Source: a virus
Virus record (IMG/VR): IMGVR_UViG_2585428088_000002
Span: 395 to 64,394 of that record
Length of the DNA stretch: 64,000 nt
Reading direction: 5' to 3' (one strand)
Below the pieces are notes generated by a model. The model saw only the letters and a list, made by a program, of their open reading frames with translations, had not been told where the DNA came from and made no database searches. Positions 28,287-37,459 of this stretch are shown here, in pieces; position 1 is the first letter of the stretch; every line of letters begins with the position of its first letter. The position numbers and the translations under genes are program-made.

Positions 28287-29483
28287 ATGAATAAAATATT
28301 GGACCTGCGCGAGAAACGCGCCAAGCTTTGGGATAGCACCAAAGCTTTTTTAGATTCCCGGCGAAATGAAAACGGACTGTTGTCGGCCGAGGACACGGCC
28401 ACCTATGAAAAAATGGAAGCCGATGTGGTGAACCTGGGAAAAGAGATTGATCGCCTGGAGCGCCAAGCGGTTTTGGATCTTGAACTTTCCAAACCGACCA
28501 GCGCCGCCCTTACGAATAGGCCCAGCCAGCACCAGGAAACGGAAAAAACCGGCAGGGCTTCGAATGAGTACAAAGCGGCCTTCTGGAAAGCGATGAAGAA
28601 CAAAAACAGCTTTGATGTGCAAAATGCACTGCAGGTAGGAACGGATTCTGAGGGAGGTTACCTTGTACCTGATGAATTTGAGCGCACCCTCGTGGAAGCC
28701 TTGGAGGAGGAAAACATCTTCCGGCAAATGGCGACAATCATCACCACCTCCTCGGGAGATCGGAAAATTCCGGTGGTCGCTACCAAGGGGACCGCTTCCT
28801 GGGTGGATGAAGAAGGGGTTATCCCCGAAGCCGACGATGCCTTCGGCCAGGTTTCCATTGGAGCCTATAAGCTGGCCACCATGATCAAGGTGTCCGAAGA
28901 ACTCCTCAATGACAGCGTATTTAATTTGGAGCAATACATTGCCAAAGAGTTTGCGCGGCGCATTGGGGCAAAAGAGGAGGAAGCCTTCTTTGTCGGTGAC
29001 GGCACCGGGAAGCCTACCGGTATTTTCAATGCCACCGGCGGTGCCGGGCTGGGAATCACGACTGCCAGCGCGACAGCCATCACCATCGACGAAATCATGG
29101 ACCTGTTCTATTCCTTGAAATCCCCTTACCGCAAAAATGCCGTTTTTGTAACCAATGACGCGACCGTCAAGACCATTCGGAAACTTAAAGACGGGAACGG
29201 CCAGTATCTGTGGCAACCTTCGGTTACTGCAGGCCAGCCGGATACTATCCTGAACCGCCCGCTAAAAACCTCCGCCTATGTTCAGGGTATTGCGGCAGCT
29301 GCTAAAACCATCGCCTTTGGCGACTTTAGCTATTACTGGGTTGCGGATCGTCAGGGGCGGGCTTTCCAGCGGCTCAATGAACTCTTTGCCGCTACGGGAC
29401 AAGTCGGCTTTAAAGCCACCCAACGTGTGGATGGCAAGCTGATTCTTGCAGAAGCCATTAAAGTGCTGCAAATGAAGGCGTAG
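28287..29483 (+). CDS. Major capsid protein, HK97 fold
   Basis: N-terminal coiled-coil delta domain; GGYLVP.EF, A.WV.E, G.G.G.P.G, YLWQP, FGDF. Confidence 0.95.
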   Translation: MNKILDLREKRAKLWDSTKAFLDSRRNENGLLSAEDTATYEKMEADVVNLGKEIDRLERQAVLDLELSKPTSAALTNRPSQHQETEKTGRASNEYKAAFWKAMKNKNSFDVQNALQVGTDSEGGYLVPDEFERTLVEALEEENIFRQMATIITTSSGDRKIPVVATKGTASWVDEEGVIPEADDAFGQVSIGAYKLATMIKVSEELLNDSVFNLEQYIAKEFARRIGAKEEEAFFVGDGTGKPTGIFNATGGAGLGITTASATAITIDEIMDLFYSLKSPYRKNAVFVTNDATVKTIRKLKDGNGQYLWQPSVTAGQPDTILNRPLKTSAYVQGIAAAAKTIAFGDFSYYWVADRQGRAFQRLNELFAATGQVGFKATQRVDGKLILAEAIKVLQMKA

Positions 29484-29493
29484 GTGAGAAAAG

Positions 29494-29712
29494 ATGAGTA
29501 ACGTCAAAAACTATACGGAGCAAGGCGGAGACAAAACCGTAATTGGCGGTACCTTGGAGATTGTGGCAGGCGGGCAGGTAGTGGGCCTTTTTACACCCGC
29601 CGCATTTCAGGCTGACAGTACGGCGACTACCATAGCAGGGCTAGTGACGGACTTAAATTCGCTTCTGGCTAAGCTAAAAGCTGCGGGCCTTATGGAACCA
29701 ACCGATGGCTGA
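29494..29712 (+). CDS. Head fibre/decoration protein
   Basis: KNYTEQGGD.TVIGG.L and DLN.LL.KLK.AGLM motif after capsid gene. Confidence 0.7.
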   Translation: MSNVKNYTEQGGDKTVIGGTLEIVAGGQVVGLFTPAAFQADSTATTIAGLVTDLNSLLAKLKAAGLMEPTDG

Positions 29713-29971
29713 GCCGCTAACGCTGACGGAAGTAAAGGAATACCTGCGCATTGACGGTGAGGAGGAAAATGCCCTTCTCACCGCCTTGCTTTCCGCGGCG
29801 ATATCTCACTCGGAAAACTATCTACAAGCGCCGCTGCCCAGTGAAACGCCAACCCCCGTTAAACAAGCCTTGCTGATTTTAATCGGACATTTTTATGAGC
29901 AGCGTATGGGCGAAGATATTCCCAATGTGGTATATGTTCTTCTTTCGCCGTATCGCGCGCATCTTTGGTAG
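29705..29971 (+). CDS. Head-tail connector (gp6-like)
   Basis: LTEVKEYLRID...E..LL, KQA.L.LIGHFYEQR, LL.PYR. Confidence 0.88.
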   Translation: MAEPLTLTEVKEYLRIDGEEENALLTALLSAAISHSENYLQAPLPSETPTPVKQALLILIGHFYEQRMGEDIPNVVYVLLSPYRAHLW

Positions 29972-29979
29972 GTGATGTT

Positions 29980-30318
29980 ATGAATCCAGGAGAACTCAAC
30001 TGCCGCATTACGCTGCAGCAGGAAACCAAAGTGCCTGACGGTCAGGGAGGCTACGCGACTGCTTACGCCCCCCGCTCAATCGTCTGGGCTAAAGTGATCA
30101 CTGTAACGGCCAAAACGACAGACCAGTACGAGCAAATGGTGCCGGAAATATTACACCGCATCATTATTCGCTATCGCCGCAATGTGGCGGTGACAGACCG
30201 GATTCAATACGGCAGCAGGGTGTTCGAGCAGATCGGGCCACCCATTGATGAAGGCGAAAAACACGCATTCTTACGACTCGAATGCAGGGAGGTGGTGGCC
30301 GATGCGGCCGACGATTAG
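29980..30318 (+). CDS. Head closure protein (SPP1 gp16-like)
   Basis: PGELN.RITLQ..T..PDG.GG, IIIRYR. Confidence 0.85.
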   Translation: MNPGELNCRITLQQETKVPDGQGGYATAYAPRSIVWAKVITVTAKTTDQYEQMVPEILHRIIIRYRRNVAVTDRIQYGSRVFEQIGPPIDEGEKHAFLRLECREVVADAADD

Positions 30319-30664
30319 GTTTACAGGGATTGATCAATGCATTTCCTTCGGCGATCTTATTTCTACCAATGTCAGCCAGGCGATTGAAAAGGAAACTGAG
30401 CAAGGCGCCAAAGAGGTGCGCAAGCGGGAGCGGGAACTGGCGCCGGTCAAAAGCGGCCTGCTTCGGAAAAGCATCGTGAACCGCAAAGGAAAGTACGGTA
30501 TCTCCCGCATGGTCAGGGCCAAAGCGCCGCATGCGCCGCTGCAGGAATATGGCACCAAACGGGGCGTGAAGGGCAAACATTTTGCTGAGCGGGCGCGACG
30601 GGAGCTGCTGCCGGGAATTCAGGAGAAGATCCGTTCAGCAGTGCGAAATGAGGTGAGACGGTGA
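30302..30664 (+). CDS. HK97 gp10-family tail component
   Basis: APVKSG.LRKSI, QEYGT; neck-region synteny. Confidence 0.8.
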   Translation: MRPTIRFTGIDQCISFGDLISTNVSQAIEKETEQGAKEVRKRERELAPVKSGLLRKSIVNRKGKYGISRMVRAKAPHAPLQEYGTKRGVKGKHFAERARRELLPGIQEKIRSAVRNEVRR

Positions 30665-31053
30665 AGCGCTCACCGGTATCGCCTCTCAACAAGGCACTGT
30701 ATGAACGGCTTCAGAGCCAGATGAACGTTGCCGTCTATGATTATGTCCCTGCCGGCAAGAAAGCGCCGTATGTGGTGATGACCGATTCGACAGCGCAGAG
30801 CTGGGGTACAAAAACGGTGTGCGGCGCAGAGGTTATGGCCACCATTAAGGTTCTCAGCGAGTACCAGGGAGATAAAGAAGTGGCTGAGCTTTGCGATGCT
30901 GCCATTTCGGCAATTCAGACGCAGCCATTGGCGTTAACGGATGCGTGGCAGGTCGGGCTTTCGAGCGTGGACAGCCATTCGGTGGAACGTCTGGAAACGC
31001 ACCGCGAAGCTACGGTAACCTTCAAGTTTACGATTATTGATACTAAGGAGTGA
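30661..31053 (+). CDS. Tail terminator (DUF3168-like)
   Basis: VYDYVP...APYVV motif; position before major tail gene. Confidence 0.75.
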   Translation: MKRSPVSPLNKALYERLQSQMNVAVYDYVPAGKKAPYVVMTDSTAQSWGTKTVCGAEVMATIKVLSEYQGDKEVAELCDAAISAIQTQPLALTDAWQVGLSSVDSHSVERLETHREATVTFKFTIIDTKE

Positions 31054-31059
31054 TGAAAG

Positions 31060-31851
31060 ATGCCTTTAATTCCAAGCGATGGCGTGGATTTTCTGTTAAA
31101 AGTAAATACAGGGACGAAAGAAACTCCGGTTTGGACGGTGGTTGGCGGACAGCGCGGCGCAACCTTGAGTTTGACTGCGGAGCAAATTGATGCCTCCAAT
31201 AAACAGTCCGGAGCCTGGAAAACCAGTGTTCCCGGCATGATGTCCTGGAGCATTGACGCTGATGCAGTGATGCTGACCGATTCGTCCGGCTTAAGCATTG
31301 ATGCCGGCAGGGCCAAGCTGCTTACGGTATTTGCCAACCGGGAATTGGTGCATGTGCGGTATGTCCGCAAGGATGGGTCGAAATTTCAAGGCTATGCGGC
31401 CATTACCGATTTGAGCGAGGAGTCCCCGCATGACGGCGTGGCAACGTATAAAATTACCTTGGCTGGTGCTGGAGCGCCCGAAGAAGTGAACGGGACCAAG
31501 CAGGTGGAAACGGCTGAAGTTGTCGGAACCATTACGACCGCCGGCAATGCCACCTTTACGATTACTGCTGCCGGGATGACCGGCTCGCCCAAAGCCATCA
31601 GTGTAGCTGTGGCGCTCAACGATTCGGCAGCCGTGGTAGCGCAAAAAGCCCGTGAAGCTTTGGCGGCGGATAGCGCAGTGACCGCGAAATTCAGCGTGAG
31701 TGGCTATGGAACTATGGTCGAGCTGACTGCTTTAACTGCAGTGGCCAACGACAGCACGCTCAACGTTGCTATTGCCAATGGAACCTGTGCTGGCTTGACG
31801 GCGGCTCCGACATCGGCCAATACGACTGCAGGGGTAGCACCGGCAGCATAA
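31060..31851 (+). CDS. Major tail protein (TP901-1-like) with Ala/Thr-rich C-terminal extension
   Basis: VGGQRGATLS..A..ID.S.K..G.W...G..SWSI..D; Y.ITL.G.G. Confidence 0.85.
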   Translation: MPLIPSDGVDFLLKVNTGTKETPVWTVVGGQRGATLSLTAEQIDASNKQSGAWKTSVPGMMSWSIDADAVMLTDSSGLSIDAGRAKLLTVFANRELVHVRYVRKDGSKFQGYAAITDLSEESPHDGVATYKITLAGAGAPEEVNGTKQVETAEVVGTITTAGNATFTITAAGMTGSPKAISVAVALNDSAAVVAQKAREALAADSAVTAKFSVSGYGTMVELTALTAVANDSTLNVAIANGTCAGLTAAPTSANTTAGVAPAA

Positions 31852-31853
31852 AT

Positions 31854-31891
31854 AGCAGGGTGCGCAGCATAACGACTGTACACCCTGTTTT
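31854..31891 (+). terminator. Hairpin after major tail gene
   Basis: AGCAGGGTG...CACCCTGTTTT. Confidence 0.5.
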
Positions 31892-31911
31892 ACTATGGGA
31901 ATCATGGAGGG

Positions 31912-32280
31912 ATGACAATGACAGGAACTGTGTTTATTACGATGGGCGGCAAGGAACGCCGCCTTCGCTACGATATTAACGCTGCCGCAGAGATGGAAGA
32001 ACTGATGGGCGGAAAATCCCTGCTTTATGTGATGAGCAATCCCATGGCAGCGGGGTTTTCGGCTATCCGCATTTTGCTGTGGGGCGGCTTAAAGCATGCG
32101 GAAAAAGGGATCACCCTGCAGCGGGTGGGGTTAATGATGCAAGAATATATGGAAGCCGGCGGCAGCTTTGGGGAATTGGCTGGCAAGATTGGGGAAGCCA
32201 TTAAAGCCTCTAAGATTATGGGCGAGAGTTTAGCCAGTGAAGAAGAACCACAAGAGGAGTCTGACGAGGGAAACGAGTAA
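31912..32280 (+). CDS. Tail assembly chaperone (gpG-like)
   Basis: Position between major tail and tape measure genes; ends in slippery G GGA AAC. Confidence 0.8.
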   Translation: MTMTGTVFITMGGKERRLRYDINAAAEMEELMGGKSLLYVMSNPMAAGFSAIRILLWGGLKHAEKGITLQRVGLMMQEYMEAGGSFGELAGKIGEAIKASKIMGESLASEEEPQEESDEGNE

Positions 32281-32594
32281 CCACCGTAGCCCAGTGGATC
32301 GCCCAAGCTGCACCAGTGGCGTATGGACCTTTGGGGTTAAAACCGTGGGAATTTGGACGCTTAACCTTTGGAGAATTCCAGCAGCTGGCGGACGGTTATC
32401 ACTGGCGAACCAAGCAAGAACAAATCGCAACGGCAGGGTTTGTTGCTTCCATCATCAATACCTGCACGTCGCGCGACTTGAAAAGGTCGGTTACGGTGGA
32501 CATGCTGCTTGGCCAGGAATCGAAAGAAAAGCAGGTAAAAACGAAAGATCAAGCTAGGGCAGAAATGAAAGACTTGCTATCTACAGTAGGATAA
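32268..32594 (+). CDS. Tail assembly chaperone -1 frameshift extension (gpGT-like)
   Basis: GGGAAAC at 32268-32274 in X XXY YYZ phase; the -1 frame is open and continuous with ORF 32316-32594. Confidence 0.8.
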   Translation, partial: GKRVTTVAQWIAQAAPVAYGPLGLKPWEFGRLTFGEFQQLADGYHWRTKQEQIATAGFVASIINTCTSRDLKRSVTVDMLLGQESKEKQVKTKDQARAEMKDLLSTVG

Positions 32595-32621
32595 CGAGTC
32601 GCTGCTGCTACTATGCGGTTG

Positions 32622-32667
32622 TTGACTTTCATGCACATATTTCAAGAAAAATGTGCATGAAAGTCAA
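32622..32667. repeat. Perfect 17-bp inverted repeat upstream of tape measure gene
   Basis: TTGACTTTCATGCACAT-N12-ATGTGCATGAAAGTCAA. Confidence 0.75.
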
Positions 32668-32709
32668 TTTATATATAGAAAGCTTTGTTGGCGAAAGAAG
32701 GGTGAGACC

Positions 32710-35613
32710 ATGGCCGGAAATGCAGCGATGACAATTTTTATCGGCGGTGATAACAGCGACTTTCTGAAAAAATGGGAGAGCACCAGACGCGCCTTACGCA
32801 AAGGGCTTGGTTCGGAAGCGATGGCAGCGTCAGAAAGCATTGCCACCGGCCTAGCCGCCGCAACCGCAGCCCTCGGCGTTTTCGGTATTGCCAGCATCAA
32901 ATTGGCGGGCGACATGGACGCCAGCCGCAAAGCGCTCACGACGCTGCTCGGCGATGCGCAGGCAGCAGAAAAAATGCTCTCCGAGCTGGCCACGTTTGCG
33001 GCGGATACCCCTTTTGAATTGCCAGGTCTTTTGACTGCATCGAAAAAACTATTGGCCTTCGGCTTTGCGTCGCAAGACATCATTCCGATGCTGGCAGCCA
33101 TTGGGGACGCGGCGGCGATGTTAGGGATTGGGCAGGAGGGCATTAGCCGCTTAACCAATGCCATCGGCCAAATGCAAGCCAAAGGAAAAGTATCGGCGGA
33201 AGAAATGATGCAGCTTGCTGAAGCCGGTGTGCCAGCCTGGAAGTTTTTAGCGGATGCCATTGGCACGGACATCCCAACCGCAATGAAAATGGCCGAACAA
33301 GGTGCGATTGACAGCACTACCGGCATCAATGCGCTCTTAATGGGCATGCAGTCCAAGTTCCAGGGCGGCATGGAAGCCATGAGCAAGACCATCCCTGGAC
33401 TCATGTCGACCATCAAGGACAATGTGGGCATGGTCATGGTCGAAATCGGCGACAGTATTGCGAAGAATTTAAATCTGGTCGAAAAGCTGCAAGGCGTTGC
33501 AGACTGGTTGTCGCAATTTGCTGCGGCAGTCAAAGCGCTCGGGCTGAAAGAAGCTCTGCAAGGCATGATCCCGCCAGAGGTCATCGCCTCGGTGTTTGTC
33601 CTCTCCGGCGCGTTATTGGGAGCGGCAGTTCCAGCGCTTGTGGCGTTTGGGATTGCGGCCTGGACGGCACTGGCCCCTCTATTACCCTTTATTGCAGCCG
33701 GCGCTGCAGTAGGGCTACTGGCTTACGAAATCTGGACCAATTGGGAGCCGCTATCCGAATTGTTCAGCACTTTGTGGAGTACGGTTACGGCCATTTTTAC
33801 TGATGCTTGGAACGCGATTACCAATGTAGTAGACAATGCTGTGACCACAGTGACTACAGCTATTTCTGACGCTTGGAATGCCATCGTAAGTTTCACGGTT
33901 GGCATCTGGAACAGCATTGTAACGACCATATCCGAAGCGTGGAATTGGATCACCGGTCTTGTTGAAGATGCGCTGAGTGCGGTGGCCCAGTTCATTGGAG
34001 ATGGCTGGAACGCGGCGGGTGAAGCCACCTCAAGTGTATGGAACGGCATCGTAGATTTAATCGATGGCGCTTGGGCCAGCATTAAAGAAGTGGTTGCACA
34101 GGGCATCAACTGGATTGTGGACAAACTTAGCCCGCTGAAAAGCTTTTTTGCACAGTTCATTCCCGATTCGGTAGGAGACTGGTTTAACAAGGTCACTGAG
34201 GGAATAGGTAAAATAGGTGCGGCGGCGGGCAAGTTCAGCTTTGGCTTTAGCCGCAAGGATATATCCGCCCTGCTTCCTCAGATGACAAAGCCTAACACCA
34301 AGTTCACGGGTTTAACAAATGCCGCCCCAGGCACAAGTTCGCCAGCGAGCGGCAGTGGAACAGACAAAGCGGCAAAAGATTTTGAGAAACTGCAGAAAAA
34401 AGCGGAGCAGGCAAGCAAGGCGATTGAAAAAGAATGGCTGCAGCTTACCGCCACCCAGATGGATGCCCTTGACGCCTGGTTTGCCGATGAACTGGACACC
34501 CTGAACGAATCCAAAGAAGCAAATGAGAACTATGAGCGGGATGTTCTGCGGCTTAATGAGATTTACGCCGCCAAAAAGAAAAAGATTCTGCTGGACGAGC
34601 AAAAGGAAAACAACCGGATTGCCGATCAGGCGGCTGATTTGGCCCGGAGTCTCTCCGACAAAATGGGCGGGCTTGGCCTGGCTGGCGTTGACAAGCAGAA
34701 GTTTGACATCGAAACCGATGCGGCGCGGCAAATCGGTGACATACAGAAAAAATACAGGGATCTTGCCCTGGAGTATTCCACTGGCACAGCTTCCCAGCAG
34801 GAGCAGTTTCGCAAGGCGTGGGAAGCCAATGGAATCCAGTTTACTATCGCAGAAACTGGCATGGTGGATTTCAGCCGCCAGGCGGCTGCCGAACAGGTCG
34901 CCATTGAAGCTGAGAAAAACCAAAAAATAAAAGATCTGCACTACGATCGCGTGAAATTTCAGGAAGAACTGGACAGAGCGCGGTCAGACGGGGACATCAC
35001 CAAATTCCAACAGCTTCTAACTACCGAGCAGGCGATGTTCGCACAAGACTTAGCAGGAAAGCAACAATTTATTGATGCGTATTATGAAGTTTGGAAGGGG
35101 TCTCATAAATCTTCCGTGGAGATAATGGCTCAGCAAATGTCCGGTACTTACGATGGCCTGAAAGACTTTTTTTCAGACGTTATTACCGGTACGAAATCCA
35201 TAGGGGAAGCTTGGCAGGATCTAGGCAAAAGAATTATGAAAATTATTGCGGATATGGCGGCTGAGTGGCTGGCAAGCCAAATTATCATGTCTTTATTTCC
35301 CTCGTTTGCACCCGCAAAAACACGAGGCGGGATTTCCGGAATTCCAGGACAATATGCTGCCGGCGGCAACTATCCCGGCGGCCTTGCCTTAGTCGGGGAA
35401 AAAGGGCCTGAACTTATTAATTTCAATCGGGGCGGCCATGTATTTACCGCAGCGGAAACTAAGAAAGTGTTACGTGCCGATGCAAACAATACCAGACCTA
35501 TGATCATTAATATGAACATCACGACACCGGATGCTTCCAGTTTCCGCCGCAGTCAGTCGCAAATCATGGCAGAGGCTAACGCCGCTTTTGCTTTGGGAAG
35601 GAGAAATCTCTAG
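32710..35613 (+). CDS. Tail tape measure protein
   Basis: Ala-rich; FA..TPFEL, GK...EE..QL.E.G tape-measure domain; periodic Trp repeats; C-terminal GG..LVGEKGPEL. Confidence 0.93.
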   Translation: MAGNAAMTIFIGGDNSDFLKKWESTRRALRKGLGSEAMAASESIATGLAAATAALGVFGIASIKLAGDMDASRKALTTLLGDAQAAEKMLSELATFAADTPFELPGLLTASKKLLAFGFASQDIIPMLAAIGDAAAMLGIGQEGISRLTNAIGQMQAKGKVSAEEMMQLAEAGVPAWKFLADAIGTDIPTAMKMAEQGAIDSTTGINALLMGMQSKFQGGMEAMSKTIPGLMSTIKDNVGMVMVEIGDSIAKNLNLVEKLQGVADWLSQFAAAVKALGLKEALQGMIPPEVIASVFVLSGALLGAAVPALVAFGIAAWTALAPLLPFIAAGAAVGLLAYEIWTNWEPLSELFSTLWSTVTAIFTDAWNAITNVVDNAVTTVTTAISDAWNAIVSFTVGIWNSIVTTISEAWNWITGLVEDALSAVAQFIGDGWNAAGEATSSVWNGIVDLIDGAWASIKEVVAQGINWIVDKLSPLKSFFAQFIPDSVGDWFNKVTEGIGKIGAAAGKFSFGFSRKDISALLPQMTKPNTKFTGLTNAAPGTSSPASGSGTDKAAKDFEKLQKKAEQASKAIEKEWLQLTATQMDALDAWFADELDTLNESKEANENYERDVLRLNEIYAAKKKKILLDEQKENNRIADQAADLARSLSDKMGGLGLAGVDKQKFDIETDAARQIGDIQKKYRDLALEYSTGTASQQEQFRKAWEANGIQFTIAETGMVDFSRQAAAEQVAIEAEKNQKIKDLHYDRVKFQEELDRARSDGDITKFQQLLTTEQAMFAQDLAGKQQFIDAYYEVWKGSHKSSVEIMAQQMSGTYDGLKDFFSDVITGTKSIGEAWQDLGKRIMKIIADMAAEWLASQIIMSLFPSFAPAKTRGGISGIPGQYAAGGNYPGGLALVGEKGPELINFNRGGHVFTAAETKKVLRADANNTRPMIINMNITTPDASSFRRSQSQIMAEANAAFALGRRNL

Positions 35614-35614
35614 A

Positions 35615-36220
35615 ATGCAAGCTTTTCATGAAGTGCAGTTTCCACCCGATATCTCCTATGGCGTAACTGGCGGTCCGGAGTATTCTACCGATGTTGTCAT
35701 GACCGGTTCAGGCTATGAGCAGCGCAATATCAACTGGTCCCAGGCAAAATGTAAGTACCAAGCCGCGCATGGTGTTAAAAATGAAAACCAGATGAGAAGG
35801 CTGCTCGCCTTCTTCCGTGCGCGGCGCGGCAAAGCGTATGGCTTTCGCTTTAAGGATTGGCTTGACTTTACGGGAAGCAGAGAAATGATCGGTGTCGGCG
35901 ATGGAAAAACGATAACCTTTCAACTAATAAAAACCTACATTGATGATGCCGGCTATACAGAGGTAAGAAAAATCCGAAAGCCAGTGACAGGGACGGTCAG
36001 GGTATATCTGGATGGTGCTGAACAGACCGACGGATGGTCGGTAAATTACACGACCGGGATTGTCACCTTTACCGCGGCGCCAGCCGCAGAGGTTATTATC
36101 ACTGCGGATTATGAGTTTGATGTGCCTGTCCGCTTTGACACTGATCATTGCCCGCTATCCATTAAGGAATGGGACATTTATAGCTGGGACAATATTCCGC
36201 TGGTTGAAATACGAGTATAG
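35615..36220 (+). CDS. DUF2460 / TIGR02217-type distal tail protein (RcGTA-like)
   Basis: FHEV.FP..ISYG..GGPE..T.V....SG.EQRN..W, FF.AR.G..YGFRFKDW.D, FDVPVRFDTD. Confidence 0.9.
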   Translation: MQAFHEVQFPPDISYGVTGGPEYSTDVVMTGSGYEQRNINWSQAKCKYQAAHGVKNENQMRRLLAFFRARRGKAYGFRFKDWLDFTGSREMIGVGDGKTITFQLIKTYIDDAGYTEVRKIRKPVTGTVRVYLDGAEQTDGWSVNYTTGIVTFTAAPAAEVIITADYEFDVPVRFDTDHCPLSIKEWDIYSWDNIPLVEIRV

Positions 36221-36229
36221 GAGAGATTT

Positions 36230-36601
36230 ATGACAACGGCAGCTTCTGTCATACACATCTATAATGGCTCAGTAACGCTTGGCGGCACGGATGGGGATTT
36301 GGTTACTGAAACAGCAGTTGGCGGCAATCGGATACTACTCGAATTAAATCGCGGTGCAGAATCGAATGTTGTTCCCTTAGCTGCTCGGGCTACCACTGCC
36401 GCCTGTTATCTTGTTCAGATTGTCTCAGACAATGGTAGGATACTGCTGTCGATAGATAGTGTTCACTGGGTAAAATCGATTTTTCTTCTAACTGTGGGAA
36501 CGAATAATAGCTTGTTTTATATAAAAAGCATTGCAGATCAAGACGAAGATTATGGCAATACCGTATGGAGCTTAAAAGTAGATTATTATGCTCCAGTGTA
36601 A
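36230..36601 (+). CDS. Small tail-associated protein, paralog 1
   Basis: IHIYNG..T.GGTDG.L motif shared with the next two ORFs. Confidence 0.6.
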   Translation: MTTAASVIHIYNGSVTLGGTDGDLVTETAVGGNRILLELNRGAESNVVPLAARATTAACYLVQIVSDNGRILLSIDSVHWVKSIFLLTVGTNNSLFYIKSIADQDEDYGNTVWSLKVDYYAPV

Positions 36602-36614
36602 GAAAGGAGATTTT

Positions 36615-37007
36615 ATGGGATTGCATTTTTATGTTGGCGGTACAACCGGTGCTCAAAATGGGACGCTTTTATCTGACGGCGATATGACCAACCCCTTAAT
36701 CTTTGATGGAATGTATCCGGCAGCAGGAGTTACAGTTTCCAAGTCACGCAGCATTCATATTCGGGCCGATACCGGAGAGACTTGGCATTGGGTGCAAGTG
36801 CAGGTACGCGGAGCATACTCCGCTAATTATGGCCTGACATCAAATGTTGGTGCGAATGACGGATATCATTCTTCAATCGGTTGTTTATTACTTGCTACAG
36901 TTACCGATGTCAACCAACCTATTACCGTTTCGGGTTCTTGTTCGGGCAGCGACACGAACTCGCCGGATGTGACCTCTAAACTGGTGGCGTGGGGGTGGAA
37001 AGTCTAA
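36615..37007 (+). CDS. Small tail-associated protein, paralog 2
   Basis: LHFYVGGTTGAQNGTLL N-terminal motif; AAGGAG RBS. Confidence 0.6.
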   Translation: MGLHFYVGGTTGAQNGTLLSDGDMTNPLIFDGMYPAAGVTVSKSRSIHIRADTGETWHWVQVQVRGAYSANYGLTSNVGANDGYHSSIGCLLLATVTDVNQPITVSGSCSGSDTNSPDVTSKLVAWGWKV

Positions 37008-37441
37008 TGGCACATTTAAACGTATATGTGAATGGAACTCCCGGAGGCACAGACGGCATACTTGCAACAACAGATACGCTCATTGCGGACGGAATTATGT
37101 TTCCCAGCAACTTCGGCTCAACTGGCTTTACTGTTATTCCGTTGTGCCTGAGGTGCGATGCGGGTTTCAACGCCCAATCTGTAAAGATTACAACTCCTGC
37201 TCCGCAGTTTTTTTGTATTCTTCGCGGTACAACAACCAATACCGACATATTTACTTCCGCAGCGTCCATGTATTCCAATACAGGTTGGACTGCCAATTCA
37301 TTTACGAATGGCAGTTTTTATAGCGGAATTACTGTTGGTAATACGAATGTTGCCTTTTTGGTGCTTGCAAGCGGCAACTCAACTCTGACAACAGGCATAA
37401 CTGATTTCTTCACTTTATCCTTTATTGAAGTTGCTGTTTAG
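37007..37441 (+). CDS. Small tail-associated protein, paralog 3
   Basis: LNVYVNGTPGGTDGIL N-terminal motif; start overlaps previous stop. Confidence 0.6.
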   Translation: MAHLNVYVNGTPGGTDGILATTDTLIADGIMFPSNFGSTGFTVIPLCLRCDAGFNAQSVKITTPAPQFFCILRGTTTNTDIFTSAASMYSNTGWTANSFTNGSFYSGITVGNTNVAFLVLASGNSTLTTGITDFFTLSFIEVAV

Positions 37442-37459
37442 TATTGGCGGTGAAATGCT

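Noticed and set aside
28350-29216. Long antisense ORFs (also 32664-33584, 9806-10582, 14767-15483, 34312-34941 and others)
   Set aside because: They lie opposite well-supported phage genes, have no recognisable motifs or RBS, and are the expected shadows of biased codon usage.
33723-34180. Periodic Trp/Thr-rich repeats in the tape measure protein
   Set aside because: An ordinary feature of tape measure proteins.
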